DNA of 64,000 nt from Octopus vulgaris (Eukaryota), in assembly GCA_951406725.2 (NCBI GenBank), contig OX597836.1, positions 38,502,001 to 38,566,000 on the forward strand, given 5' to 3'. The translations under genes and the position numbers were made by a program. The notes beneath the pieces were generated by a model. That model saw only the letters and a list, made by a program, of their open reading frames with translations. It was not told the DNA's origin and did not search any database. Positions 11,850 through 24,994 of the stretch are shown here, one piece after another. Every line of letters starts with the position of its first letter. Positions within the stretch are counted from its first letter, which is position 1.

Positions 11850-12485
11850 TATTTGTGGTACCAGTGCCGGTGGCACACAAGAAAACCATCCAAACGTGGC
11901 CGTAGCCAGTACCGCACCGATTGGCCTCCATGCTGTGGGCACGTAACGATCACCATCCGATCGTGGCCGATCGCCAGCCTCATCTGGCTCCTGTGTCGGT
12001 GGCACATAAAAACACCATCCGAGCGTGGTCGTCTGCTAGCCTTGTCTGGCACCTGTGTCGGTGGCACATAAAAACACCATCCGAGCGTGGCCGTTCGCCA
12101 GCCTCGTCTGGCACCTGTGTCGGTGGCACATAAAAACACCATCCGAGCGTGGCCGTTCGCCAGCCTCGTCTGGCACCTGTGTCGGTGGCACATAAAAACA
12201 CCATCCGAGCGTGGCCGTTCGCCAGCCTCGTCTGGCACCTGTGTCGGTGGCACATAAAAACACCATCCGAGCGTGGCCGTTCACCAGCCTCGTCTGGCAC
12301 CTGTGTCGGTGGCACATAAAATCACCCACTACACTCTCGGAGTGGTTGGCGTTAGGAAGGGCATCCAGCTGTAGAACTGCCAGATCTGACTGGCCTGGTG
12401 CAGCCTTCGGGCTCCCCAGACCCCAGTTGAACCGTCCAACCCATGCTAGCATGGAAAGCAGACGTTAAATGATGATGATGATGAT
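11850..12485 (+). mobile_element. SINE-like family C with an expanded internal 62-bp tandem array
   Basis: Near-identical 62-bp units (CTGGCACCTGTGTCGGTGGCACATAAAAACACC...) between ~11985 and 12320, then the family C body and (GAT)n tail. Confidence 0.92.
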
Positions 12486-12499
12486 TATTAGTTTCAATT

Positions 12500-12662
12500 A
12501 ATCATGCACATTACTTGTTGCTTTGAAATTTCAATGATGTGATTGTATATTATTAGAATGACATTGTAGGATAGGTGTGAGAAGTGAAATCTGGCTGGTT
12601 GGAACATAAAACAAGTGGAATATTTGGGCCAGACATGGTTCGTTTAAATACAAAGTGTTAAA
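12500..12662 (-). mobile_element. Degenerate partial copy of the 23600-23830 MITE
   Basis: Reverse complement shares CATGTCTGGCCCAAATATTC and ACAATGTCATTCTAA with 23631-23715. Confidence 0.65.
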
Positions 12663-13768
12663 AATTAACCAAAAGAAATACAATAGTGTAGTGAGGACAC
12701 CAATGATGATATTAATTGTGATGGTAAATCTCTGATATCCATCAAGGGCTACAAGCGATGACCATAAAATACCTGACAGATAAATGACTATAAAATACCT
12801 GACACAGTGAAATATGTGATGCATTACCAGTGAAGTGACATCAATTCAATTTCTGTCTAGAAGCAGCTGACTTTAGTTATAAATGTTCGTAACAAAATCT
12901 CATATTTTTATTGTTCGCAGGTATTGATTATTTCAACGTTTTAATTACATTGTCTCTCTTCTCTTTCTCTTGAAATAAATTTCATTTATTGTAAATGTTT
13001 AATATCATAAATATATAAAAAAAAAAGACAAAACAAGCCAAAAACATGCTATGTACTGTTCGGAAAGATGCCTCATATAGTGTTAAGAGTCAAGGGAAAA
13101 TAACTATTGTATAAACATACAAAGCATATACATTATTTGTTTGTACCAAAGTGCTTTGGTGAATTCTATTTATCATAACACCACACTCATACACACACAC
13201 ACACACACACAAATTCTTAACATAAATGATACCTCTCAAAGATATTAAATCATTCTGAAAAGAGATTTCCCAAGAAATAAGAGAGTAGAGCAAATAGAAA
13301 AAAAATTAATGAAATATTGTAATTAGTGAAAAGATGAAACCATAATTAAAAGCCAATGTAGAAACAGAAAATTAGTCGGGTATTGTAGCTAGGAACCAAA
13401 TTATCAAGACAAAAAAAAAATACCAAAGATCTGTAACCAAAATAAGGTTAAAAGGGAAAAACAGGAAAGAAAATGAATGAAAAGGCTAAACAGATATATT
13501 ATAAGGGTGACTAAAATTAATAAGAAACATAATTACCTTATTATAATAACAAAGTATTCATTGAGTGAATAGCTTTATATCATAATGCTTAATTCCATTA
13601 TGTATGTGTGGTGTGTGTGTGTGTGTTACTGGGTTTTTTTTTTTTTGTTAAGGCTAATATGTTTCTGCCCGTTTTAAGAGGTGACTAAAAGTGAGACACC
13701 TGTTCCTGTCTCTCTATCATACTTTAGCCTTTCTTCACCTGGCTAGTTAGCAACATTCCTCAATACTA

Positions 13769-14001
13769 TACCTATTTCTTTACTACCCACAAGGGGCTAA
13801 ACACAGAGGGGACAAACGAGGACAGACACACGGATTAAGTCGATTATATCGACCCCAGTGCATAACTGGTACTTAATTTATCGACCCCGAAAGGATGAAA
13901 GGCAAAGTCGACCTTGGCGGAATTTGAACTCAGAACATAACAGCAGACGAAATATGGCCATTTTGCCCGGCCTGCTAACTATTCTGCCAGCTTGCCGCCT
14001 T
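13769..14001 (-). mobile_element. SINE family B monomer
   Basis: Family B sequence flanked by the direct repeat ATTCCTCAATACTATACC at 13755 and 14002. Confidence 0.92.
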
Positions 14002-14372
14002 ATTCCTCAATACTATACCCTCTCTCAGTTGAGAGGGTCTTCTTTTGTGAGTCACTTGGTGGCCTCACTGGTGCTGGTGCCACATAAAAAAGCACCCAGT
14101 ATACTCTGTAAAGTGGTTAGCATTAAGAAAGGGCATCCAGCTATAGAAACCATACCTAAAATGATTCTGTCTGGTTCACCAGTTCATGCTGAACCATCCA
14201 ACTCATGTTGAAAAAGCCAGCATGGGAAAACAAACATTAAATGGTGATGTGGTACAACTCTTCAGTTTTGGCATTATGTAGCCAAGTCAGAAAATTGCCG
14301 TAGACTTCACAAATATAGAAGTGCTTTGAAGAGCACATATATTAAAACCCATTTGTGTGTGTGTGTGTGGGG

Positions 14373-14374
<2 letters not shown>

Positions 14375-14406
<32 letters not shown>

Positions 14407-14670
14407 AATGGTAAATATATATATAATAAATATATATATAGTAAATGGTAAATATATATATAATAAATATATATATAGTAAAGGGCAAAATATATATATA
14501 GTAAAGGGCAAAATATATATATAATAAATATATATATAGTAAAGGGTAAATATATAATAAATATATATATATATATATAGTAAAGGGTAAATATATAATA
14601 AATATATATATATATATATAGTAAAGGGTAAATATATATATAATAAGTATATATATATATATATATATAT
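14375..14670. repeat. AT-rich minisatellite (ATAGTAAAGGGTAAATATATATAATAAAT)n embedded in (TA)n
   Basis: About 7 recurrences of TAGTAAA(G/T)GG(T/C)AAA. Confidence 0.9.
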
Positions 14671-14859
14671 AAGAGAGAGAAAAAGAGAGCTAAACCCAAA
14701 CAAAGAGATTTTAAAATTTATGAATAAGGGGTGATAGATGTCAACATGTGTAAAACTGTGAATGAAAACTGACAGAGAATAAGTACACTATATCACTTTA
14801 AATTTGACTTCATTTGACCTAGAGGACAAAAATATGAGGAAAGGAAATAGGACAAAGCC

Positions 14860-15177
14860 ATGTAAAAGGAATGTGTGGTGTCCACATATTACAAATGGAA
14901 GTTTATGCGGAAACTTGCCTAAGATAGCAACTACAATTGCTCAGAGACAGTTATGATTTGCAGGACTCTGTTGGAGAATAAGCAGGAAGTCATGCACAAG
15001 CTACTATTGTGGGAACCAAATCACAGGAGATACAGCAGAGGAAGACCTGCTTGAACATTCATCAATCAACTCTCAAATACAAATGATAGTAAAGGGCAGT
15101 TACTATGAGCAATAGAAATGAATGAATAGTGGAGAGATTTTGTCAGAAACGTTCGAGCATGGCTGGCGATGATGATG
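14860..15177 (+). mobile_element. Degenerate RTE-like LINE 3' fragment
   Basis: Frameshifted peptide ..QRQL*FAG..EVMHKLLLWEPNHRRYSRGRPA.., similar to the 4200 element; GATGATGAT tail. Confidence 0.75.
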
Positions 15178-15599
15178 GGGGAAAATGCTAAGTAGTAATT
15201 GAGTTTATCGGAGTAAGGAAAAGTAGGAGAAAAGACAGATACATAGGATGCACGAAAGAGTTAGAAATAAGGAGAAAGAAAAAACAAGGAAATGAAAAAC
15301 ACAATGAAAAGATGTCAGCTTTAATCCTTTACATATTCTAATGAATCATTGTATTTTTTTTATGTAAAGATTTGTTTTAGTATTTTTTTTAATTTGTAAT
15401 AAATGGTAAATCTAAAAACTAATTAATTGAGATTTGGTAAAAAAAATGTATTAAATTTACTCCAGTAATAATGAATTACTTTTGACACTGACAAGAAACA
15501 ACATACTCTCACTTGTGTCAAAGACAAGTCACAATAATTGTAAAAAAGATCGAAATTATGTGTGTCTGCATGTGTGTGTGTGTGTGTATATATGTATAT

Positions 15600-16185
15600 G
15601 TTCTTTTATTCTTTTATTTGTTTCAGCCATTTGACTGCAGGCATGTAGGAGCACCACCTTAAGGGGTCTTAGTCAAAGAAATCGACCCCAGGATGCATTC
15701 TTTGTAAGCCTAGTACTTCTTCTATCGGGATCTTTTGCCAAACTGCTAAGATACAGGGACATAAACACACCAACATCAGTTGCCAAGCAATGGAGGTGGT
15801 GGTGAGGAGGAACAAACACAAACACACAAATACATATATATACAACAGGCTTCTTACAGTTTCCGTCTACCAAATCTACTCACAAGGCTTTGGTTGGCTC
15901 GAGGTTATAGCAAAAGACACTTGCCCAAGGTGCCTCACAGTGGGACTGAACCTAGAACCATGTGGTTGGGAAGCAAGCTTCCTACCACACAGCCACACCT
16001 GTGCCTGGCACATAAAAGGACCCACTACACTCTCGGAATGGTTGGCATTAGGAAGGGCATCCAGCTGTAGAAACTCTGCCAGATCAGATTGGAGTCTGGT
16101 TCGCCAGACCTCAGTCAAATCGTCCAACCCATACTAGCAAGGAAAGCGGACATTAAACGATGATGATGATGATGATGATGATGAT
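15600..16185. mobile_element. SINE family A (- strand, 15600-16003) abutting a family C 3' part (+ strand, 16005-16185)
   Basis: Reverse-complement family A tail and head, then GGCACATAAAAGGACCCACTACAC..(GAT)n. Confidence 0.85.
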
Positions 16186-16948
16186 ATGTGTGTGTGTGTG
16201 TGTGAGACAATGATTAGAAGTACACAAGACAGGTTAGCAATTAAAACTGTTTCTTTTAAAAAACTAAATTTTCATGAGTTTAAAATATCTCTTCAGTTAA
16301 ATAAGTAGCGAGAAACAAACACATTATTCAGAATAATTGTAGACCATTCAACGAAATCTTTTTCAAAGCCTATTTATCTTCATTTGAAACAAGGAAAAGA
16401 CAACAAGAAGATGTCAGCTTTAATCCTTTACATATTCTAATGAATCATTGTATTTTTTTTTATGTAAAGATTTATTTTAGTATATTTTTAATTTGTAATA
16501 AACGGTAAATCTAATAACTAATTAATTGAGATTTGGTAAAATATGTATTGAACTTTATCCAGTAATAATGAATTACTTTTGACACTGACAAGAAACAACA
16601 TGCTCTCACTCGTGTCAAATTTCACATTAACCTTTTCAAGGTAAATAATATTTTTACAAGCAAAGTAGCTAGTTAGAAATTTTAAACAGGTTTAATAATT
16701 GATGTATACAAATTCAGATTCTAACATTTAAGAAGGACTTTTATGACAGATGTTACATATTCTTACTAACATACTTGTTATTCAGACTGCCAATTTTTGT
16801 TCCCAAATCATAACTATCTATCTATCTAGGTCGTCCCTCAGGTTTTGAACTAACAGGGTGTCATGCAGAGGATCTTGAATACAAGACAATGGATGAAACC
16901 CTAATATTCCTAGTTAGATGAAAACTGTGGGTCCACATGGAGCAGTGC

Positions 16949-17233
16949 CTTGATATTGCTCCTTCACATTTCCACTTATTCAGGTCTCTGCAAAATAGTC
17001 TTAATGGTAAAAATTTCAATTCCTCGGATAACGTAAAAAGATACCTTGATGAATTCTTTGCCATGAAAGCACCTTAATTCTGGGAACAGGGTATTTTCAA
17101 GTTAAAGGAAAGATAGAGACGCATTGTGCAACAAAATGGTTCATATTTGGTTGATTAAAAATGTAATGGCAAGTATTTATTGACCTTTTTCTTTCCTTTA
17201 AAAATCGGCACGAACTTTCCGGACAACCCAATA
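16949..17233 (+). mobile_element. mariner transposase C-terminal remnant with right terminus
   Basis: DIAPSHFHLFRSLQNSLNGKNFNS..FWEQGIFKLKER*RRIVQQNGSYLVD* follows the YSPDLAPSD region; ends in a mariner-like terminus ..GGACAACCCAATA. Confidence 0.9.
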
Positions 17234-17237
17234 TATA

Positions 17238-17481
17238 TTTCTTTACTACCCTCAATACTATACCTATTTCTTTACTACCCACAAGGGGCTAAACACAGAG
17301 GGGACAAACAAGGACAGACAAAGGGATTAAGTCGACTACATCGACCCCAGCGTAACTGGTACTTAATTTATCGACCCCAAAAGGATGAAAGGCAAAGTCG
17401 ACCTCGGCGGAATTTGAACTCGGAACGTAACGACAGACGAATTTCGCCCGGCGTGCTAACGTTTCTACCAGCTCGCCGCCT
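17238..17481 (-). mobile_element. SINE family B monomer
   Basis: Family B core and head (CCAGCTCGCCGCCTT) on the minus strand. Confidence 0.9.
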
Positions 17482-17637
17482 TATATACATATTGATACTT
17501 AGCAGAAGTAACAGAGAGTGACTGATGATCTGAGAGTAGTTTTGCACTGGTATACTTATCAAACTCATATACTGAGTTTTATTTTTCCTGTTTGCATCAA
17601 CACACCTGTGTGTGTGTGTGTGTATATATATATATAA

Positions 17638-17675
<38 letters not shown>

Positions 17676-18834
17676 TAGAGAGAGAGAGAGAGATCTGTGT
17701 GTGAGTGTCTGTGTGTCTGTCCCCCACCACCATTTGGCAACCAGTACTGGTGTGTTTGTGTTCCCCATAACTCAACAGTTCAGCAAAAGAGATCAACATA
17801 ATAGGTACCAAGCTTAAAAAAACAAATAAGTACTGGGGTTGACTAAGAATTTTTGAAGCCAGTGCCCCAGCATGGCTGCAGTCTAATGACTGAAACAAGC
17901 AAAAGATAAACGATAAAAAAGATATTAGCTTTCATAACAAAATTATATCTGAATAGGATTTGAGTTTTGTTGATTCTCTGCATAAAATGTGATTTGATAC
18001 TTATTCGTATAATTCCTCATCTGCTATTGCAGTGGCAAATCCTTGTCTTCTAGAAGCAAAATATATTCTATCTGCTGTCTTCAATTCAAATATGCACTGA
18101 TAATTGCATTATTTATTGTTGAGAGAATAATTGCAATGTTCTGGATAAATGAAGTGACATTAATAGGAATGAATTCTCTCCAAGAAACCAAAATTGATTG
18201 AGTTTTCTTAAGAACAAAAAAAAAAAAAAAAGAAAAAAAGAGAGAAAGCAGCTTGTAGTTTCAGGTATTCAGTTCATTATATTTTATATTTTCCTTTCCT
18301 TCTTTAATTGGAACGTAAACTATTAAGAATTCATTTTAATCTCAATGCATTGTGAAGAAAGCCTTAATGTATGGATTACATGAATGATATTATTTTCAAT
18401 TGATTTCATAGCCACACACACACACATACACATACATACAGACACACACACACAGAGAAGTACTGAGATTGATCAAAGTCCACGCATATGTTTCTATAAC
18501 ATTTCAGTTGTTTCCTTTCATTAATACATTTTTCGCTCCCACTGTTCGCTATTATTCACGAAAATCCACCAATTTAAACACATTGGTTCTTTCAGTTCAG
18601 TCTTTTGTTAGAGAATAAGGTTTCTACAGTTTCTTTCTTTGTCCTTCCCAGTTCTATAGCAATTTAGTTTGGATAGTCAAACGGAAGAAATAGAGAGAGA
18701 CATTTCTAAATAAAAGTTACCGTTTCTAAAGAAGATATCCATTTCTAGAAGACACTAGGAATTTGAAGGATTACAAGAGGCAGATGTTTTTTTTATCTGG
18801 CATGTGTGAGTGCATGTGTATGTTCATATAAACA

Positions 18835-19856
18835 CATCGTTTAACGTCCACCTTACATGCTGGCATGGGTTGGATGATTTGACTGAGGTCTGGCAAACCA
18901 GATGGCTGCACCAGACTCCAATCTGATCTGACAGAGTTTCTACAGCTGGATGCCCTTCCTAACGCCAACCACTCCAAGAGTGTAGTGGGTGCTTTTACGT
19001 GCCACTAGCACGAGGGCCAGTCAGGTGGTACTGGCAATGGCCATGCTCAAATGGTGCTTTTTATGTGCCACCTGCACAGGAGCCAGTCCAGCGGCACTGG
19101 CAACGACCTCGCTGAACATGGTTAAATGATTAAGCAGTTTGCTTTGTAATTATAAAGTCTTAGGTTCAATTTTGGGTAAGTATCATTTACCAAAGCCTCA
19201 GGATTTGGTAGGTGGAGTCTGAAAGAAGCCTGTCACGTGTTTGTGTGTGTGTATTTGTGTTTGTTCAACTACCACCATTTGACAACAAATGCTGGTTTGT
19301 TTACATCCATAACTTAGCAGTTCAGCAAAAGAAACAGAGAGAGAGTAAGCACAAGGCTTTAAAAAAAATAAGTACAGGGAGTTAATTAATCTGACGAAAA
19401 CCCTTTAAGGTGATGCTCCAGCATGACCACAAACCAATGACAGAACAAGTAAAATGTAAAATATGTGTGTGTGTGTGTGTGCAATATTCGACATTCTAAA
19501 ATAATATTTGTTTAAAAGGGCCACGAATTGGCTCCTATGTCAGTAGCATGTGAAAAACAACATTTGAGCATGGTCATTGCCAGTGCCACCGGACTGGCTC
19601 CCATGCAGGTAGCACGTAAAAACACCTTGTGAGCGTGGTCACTGCCAGAACTGCCAAACTGGCCCTCATGCCAGTGGCATGTGAAAGCACCCACTACACT
19701 CTCGGAGTGGTTGGTGTTAGGAAGGGCATCTTAGCTGTAGAAACTTTGGCAGACCAGACTGAGCCTGGTGCAGCCTTCTGGCTCACCAGTCCTCAGTCAA
19801 ACTGTCAAACTCATGCCAGCATGGAAAGCAGACGTTAAACAATGATGATGATGATG
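18835..19856. mobile_element. Cluster: family C (-, 18835-19112), degenerate family A (+, ~19115-19460), family C (+, ~19520-19856)
   Basis: Diagnostic family motifs in each segment; the two family C copies are in opposite orientations. Confidence 0.85.
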
Positions 19857-20234
19857 TTTAATAGACAAAAAAATGAAGGCAGTGATCATTGATGACAGAT
19901 TTGTATGTAGGATAAATATGATGTTGCTATAGACAAGTGATAGGACGAGGCTTTATATATTAGGATGGGGATGGAAGTAGTTGGGAACAGAAAAATCTTA
20001 ACAGAAACACAAGGGAGTTGTTAGAGAGAGGCTACATGGTTGCTTGATCTACAATAAAATATATATATATTAGCCAAATTTCCTTCAAATCCCCCCATCT
20101 ACCAACTTAATATAGGAATAGTACATTAGTTGATGTAGTCCTTTGTAAACCTAAAATCATGGTTTGGCCAAAGCTGGAATGCCTTTGACCCCTTTTCTGC
20201 TGGATAAGGATGATATTAAATCTAAGATTTTATA

Positions 20235-20414
20235 AACAAACCTATGTTTCTGTCAGAGAAGCAGTTACATCCCTATTAGACAAACCATTTTGTTTCTGTT
20301 AAACAGCTATTACTTTCTATCAGACATACTGTAATGTTTTTGTCAAACAAACTGCTGTTTCCATCAGACAACTGTTACATTTCTATCAGCCAAGCTGTTA
20401 TGTTTCTCGTAGAC
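20235..20414. repeat. Degenerate ~23-bp minisatellite
   Basis: About 8 variants of CAAACTGTTATGTTTCTATCAGA. Confidence 0.6.
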
Positions 20415-20852
20415 ATTTTACAAAGAAATGTTTTTATATTTGGAGTAAAAAGTGGTGATAAAAATACCTGAACTATATTCTGAAATTGCTACCAATTTAG
20501 TCGATGAAGTACCATTGATAGTCAATACTTTCTCGGAATATGATAAGGTTAAGGTAGTTGTATAGCTATAAGTCTTGTAGTGTCAATATTGATAGCATAT
20601 GGCCAATTCACCTTTTGGTCATAATTTTGACAGAATCAATTCAACCTGATGTGTCTCTACTAATGATTGATATTTTATTGATCAGAAATATTTGTATATA
20701 ATATATAAATCATAATGACATTTTAAAGCTGGTAAACTGTAAGAGGAGCAAAAGAGTTGACTGTCACCTCACTGTGTCAGTGGCCATGACATTTAATTCT
20801 ACCTAGCAGCAAAGCATCCCCTATGCCTATTGACTCAGATATTTATTTACTT

Positions 20853-21272
20853 TAAGGCGGCGAGCTGGCAGAAACGTTAGCACGCTGGGTGAAATGCGTA
20901 GCCGTATTTCATCTGCCACTACAATCCGAGTTCAAATTCCGCCAAGGTGGACTTTGCCTTTCATCCTTTCGGGGTCGATTAAATAAGTACTAGTTACGCA
21001 CTGGGCGTCGATATAATCGACTTAATCCGTTTGTGTGTCCTTGTTTGTCCTCTCTGTGTTTAGCCCCTTGTGGGTAGTAAAGAAATAGGTATTTCGTCTG
21101 CCGCTACGTTCTGAGTTCAAATTCCACCGAGGTCGACTTTGCCTTTCATCCTTTCGGGGTCGATTAAATAAGTACCAGTTACACACTGGGGGTTGATATA
21201 ATCGACTTAATCCGTTTCTCTGTCCTTGTTTGTCCTCTCTATGTTTAGCCCCTTGTGGGTATTAAAGAAATA
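20853..21272 (+). mobile_element. SINE family B, head-body-body dimer
   Basis: Body from GTATTTC repeats at 20904 and 21089; TSD-like AGATATT(T/C)ATTTACTT on both sides. Confidence 0.92.
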
Positions 21273-21530
21273 GATATTCATTTACTTAATCCAAGGTATT
21301 AAATTTCTTGTACAAAGAAATGTGTTTCTCTGGTCAACCTGTTTATTTACTGTGACACATCCTGGCACAAGAGGGTTATGTAATTTGGTAGCTTGGTCTG
21401 CCTAAAAGCACAACCAAAATGTCCCACAAAAGGGAACAATGTAGCCCTTTAGATTCAAAGAGATGGGATGGTCACAGCTGAAATGTCTTTGGTCATAAAT
21501 CTACTCTATGAAAGTAGACAACACACAACT

Positions 21531-21943
21531 TACTCTTTTACTTGTTTCAGTCATTTGACTGCGGCCATGCTGGAGCACCACCTTTAGTCGAGCAAATCGA
21601 CCCCAGGACTTATTTTTTGTAAGCCTAGTACTTATTCTATTGGTCTCTTTTGCCGAACCGCTAAGTTACGGGGACGTAAACACACCAGCATCAGTTGTCA
21701 AGCGATGTTGTGGGAGCAAACACACACACACACACACACACATACACACACATGCACACATATATATATATACACATATACAATGGGCTTCTTTCAGTTT
21801 CCGTCTACCAAATCCACTCACAAGGCTTTGGTTGGCCTGAGGCTATAGTAGAAGACACTTGCCCAAGGTGCCACACAGTAGCACTGAACCCGGAACCATG
21901 TAGTTGGTAACAAACCTACTTACCACACAGCCACTCCTACGCC
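21531..21943 (-). mobile_element. SINE family A, full length
   Basis: Complete reverse complement of the family A consensus. Confidence 0.92.
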
Positions 21944-22089
21944 TTCATTGTATCTTCTCACTTTTTCAGCTAGGATGGCCATGTGTCTCCCTTGCAGCAA
22001 GGCATCTACCTGTTTCTGTCCCTGTATCACACTTTAACCTGTCATCACTTGGTATAAAGCCACCTCCCTCAGTAAGTCTCTTGGAGACC

Positions 22090-22330
22090 TCAATGGTGCT
22101 GGTGTTATAAAAAATAAAACAATAGCACATATCCATTCGGTATTTAAACTGCATTCGAAGTGGTCCCCTTCTGAAGCTACACACTTCATACAACATCGTT
22201 TCCATTGATAGATGCCTTCCCTGAACTCCTCCTTTTGAGATAGCAACAGCTGTTTTGTTGCATTCTCTTAGATGTCCTTGATGTCTTGAAATCATGTTCA
22301 AGTGGGATTTTATTTTTGGAAAGATTCTTG
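22090..22330 (-). mobile_element. Degenerate mariner transposase C-terminus
   Basis: ..FPKIKSHL..QDIKDI*ENATKQLLLSQKEEFREGIYQWKRCCMKCVASEGDHFE resembles the mariner C-terminal W..RW.KCV...G.YFE motif. Confidence 0.8.
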
Positions 22331-23599
22331 GCCATAATAACCTTCAAGCCAATGTCTCCTTCCATGCATTCACTTACACACAGTAGCACATATTTTTCTC
22401 TTGTGCTATGGAACTTCTGTGGTATGGTGAGATTACCACACTCTACACACTTTACTTCCAAGCACTGCTATAAACAACACAAGTTAGTGAGAATGTTATA
22501 ATTTAATGAGTATCCACGACAGAGTTCAAAGTCAATCAGTGTCAAGTGGTTTCACTGCATACTTTAGTTCTGTTACCATAGCAACAGTACCGATATGTTT
22601 TTATCAGACCATTTATACACAGACACACAAGGTTTTTTCCAGTTTCCATTTAACAAATCTACACACAAGGCTTTCATCAGCCCAGGGCTACAATACAAAA
22701 ACACTTGCTCAAGACGCCACACAGTGGGACCGAACCCAAAACCATGTGGTTGGGAAGCAAACTTAACCACACAGCTATGCCTGCACCAGTTTACATTTCA
22801 GATGAATCTTATAGCTTGATAAAGAATATAACAATTTACCTGGTAGAAATGTACACTATTAGAGGAAAATAGAATTCTATACTGAAAGAAAGAAAGAAAA
22901 AATGATATTTTATCTGTAACAAAGCCGTTGACATTTCAATAAGAACTGTATTTGCTATCTTTTAGTTAATTATTTTGTTCTCTTTCAATTCTTAACTGTA
23001 AGATGTACTCATTTACATTTAGGATGCAGATTTAGATGCACTGAGAAACATATGAATATACCTTTATTAATGATATGTCATAGCTTATTTACATATTCTT
23101 TGGACTCATTTCAGTCACTTGACTGCAGCCATGCTGGAGCACTGCTTTCAAGGGATTTTAAATCTATTATATCAACCTCAATAAGGTAAAACAAGTGGCA
23201 AAGTAATTAGAGCATCAAAAGAAAGTCATCATTTAATGACTCTGTTCCATACTGGAATGGGTTGAATGATTTGACAGGATCAGATGGGTCCACAGACTGT
23301 ACCATGGACCAGTGTCTTTTTTGGAATGGTTTCTACTGTTAGGGGCCCATCCTAAAGCTAACCCCTTTACAATATGTACTGCATGGTGTTTTATCATGAT
23401 ACCAGCACTGCTGAGGTTGCCATACAACTCCCAAGATGACGAACCCTGAGAGAAGGTAGGGTCAGCTTTTATGCTAGGGGATGAGGGGCTAAAGCCCTTC
23501 TAGAAGAGTGGGGAAAGAGTAGGTGCTTGTAGAGGAGCTGCATGTCTTCTCACATTTAGAAGGGATCTTTTTTTTACTTGTTTCAGTCATCTGCTATAA

Positions 23600-23830
23600 C
23601 CCTTTAGCATTAAAATCAGCTATATCCAGCCATGTCTGGCCAAAATATTCTGCCTGTTCTATATTCAAACAGGCCAGGTCAGACCTTTCACACCTACCAT
23701 ACAATGACATTCTAAAAATAAACATTTGCATCATCACACCCTCAAAGCCACAGGATAATGTATGGTTAACTCAAAACAATGTGAATAAATAAGCATTACG
23801 TTTGACAGAATAACCTGAATGCTAAAAGGG
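23600..23830. mobile_element. piggyBac-type MITE
   Basis: (A)TAA-CCCTTTAGCATT ... AATGCTAAAAGGG-TTAA inverted termini. Confidence 0.75.
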
Positions 23831-23906
23831 TTAACAACCCACGTCCTTTTCTGTTCTTCTTTGTTTCCTTGGGTGAAATAGTTATGGGTTTTTTTTTATA
23901 TAAAAA

Positions 23907-24400
23907 CTAGCAGTATCGCCCGGCGTTGCTCGGGTTTGTAAGGGAAATAACTATATAAGCATTTTTAGATGCCAATTCGGGCTTTCTTAGCCATTTTTGT
24001 TTTGGTGTCTTCAAGCCATGAAGTCGTTGTTCTAAAAGAACGCTGGTCTCCTTCACAACGCATTACGACGTTGATTTCTTAACACTCCCTTCCCCACAGC
24101 TTCACGAGGGAGGGAAGGGGGAGAAGCAAACAGGTGCAGCTGTGAGCGTGGACGCCAACTCCGCCGCCATTGACACACGAATGCATTTTATGCATTAAAA
24201 TGGAATAAAAAATTATGTTAAATTATTTTTAAAATCGTAGACTCATCGTTGATGTGCGCTAATAGTTAGACGGGCTCGATATGAATCACGACTATAAGAT
24301 ACCCGAATTTGGTTAAACTGCACCGCAAAATGTGGGAGGAGTTAGGAATCTAAATCGAAGGGGACAGACACTCACACAACTAGAGTTTTATATATATAGA
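23907..24400 (-). mobile_element. Non-autonomous Helitron
   Basis: On the minus strand it begins TCTATATATATAAAA and ends in hairpin CCCGAGCAACGCCGGG followed by CTAG; inserted between A and T with no TSD. Confidence 0.85.
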
Positions 24401-24994
24401 TATGTTCAAATATCTTTCAAGTGAGTAAAAATAAAAAAGAAGTCAGCAAAGCATGATATATGCTCCCAAGCCATTTTTGACTGCAAATGACAGCTATTGT
24501 AGTTATATTTACATTAGGCATAAAGAAATAAAGGAAGGAAAGCAAGCAGGATTGAAACACAGAACTAAGCCATGAAGAATTTTAATCAAATGCATCAACT
24601 CCAGTACTTTTTTTTTTAAAAGCCTGGTTCTTATTCTATCAGTCTCTTTTGTCAAACCACTAAGTTACAAAACATAAATACCCTAACAGTCATCATGCAG
24701 TGGTGAAGGACAGACACAAAGACATACACACATACATACACAAACATATATATGAGGGGCTTCTTTTAGTTTCCATCTACCAAATCTCCTCGCTAGGCTT
24801 TGGTCAGCTGGAGGATATAGTAGAAGACATTTGCCCAAGGTATCACACAGTGGGACTGAACCCGGAACTAAGTGGTGAGGAAGCAAAACTTCTAATAACA
24901 TAGCAACATCTTGAATATATTTACTTAAAAACAACTGATGGTTCACCCCCATCACTACCCAGAATTTTCAGCCATGTGCCTTCATTTAGATCAG

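Noticed and set aside
11860-12320. CRISPR-like appearance of the 62-bp array, and of 53779-54535
   Set aside because: Spacers are homologous to each other or are microsatellites, there are no cas genes, and the context is eukaryotic.
12531-12824. Hydrophobic ORF resembling a membrane-protein exon
   Set aside because: No good donor site, it runs into a MITE remnant, and T-rich DNA gives hydrophobic translations by default.
12905-12930. Recursive-splice-like TTGTTCGCAG|GTATTG
   Set aside because: A single short motif expected by chance, with no known host transcript.
18001-18110. Minus-strand peptide FELKTADRIYF, reminiscent of a PH domain
   Set aside because: Bounded by stops, no splice sites in frame, and the C-terminal helix Trp is missing.
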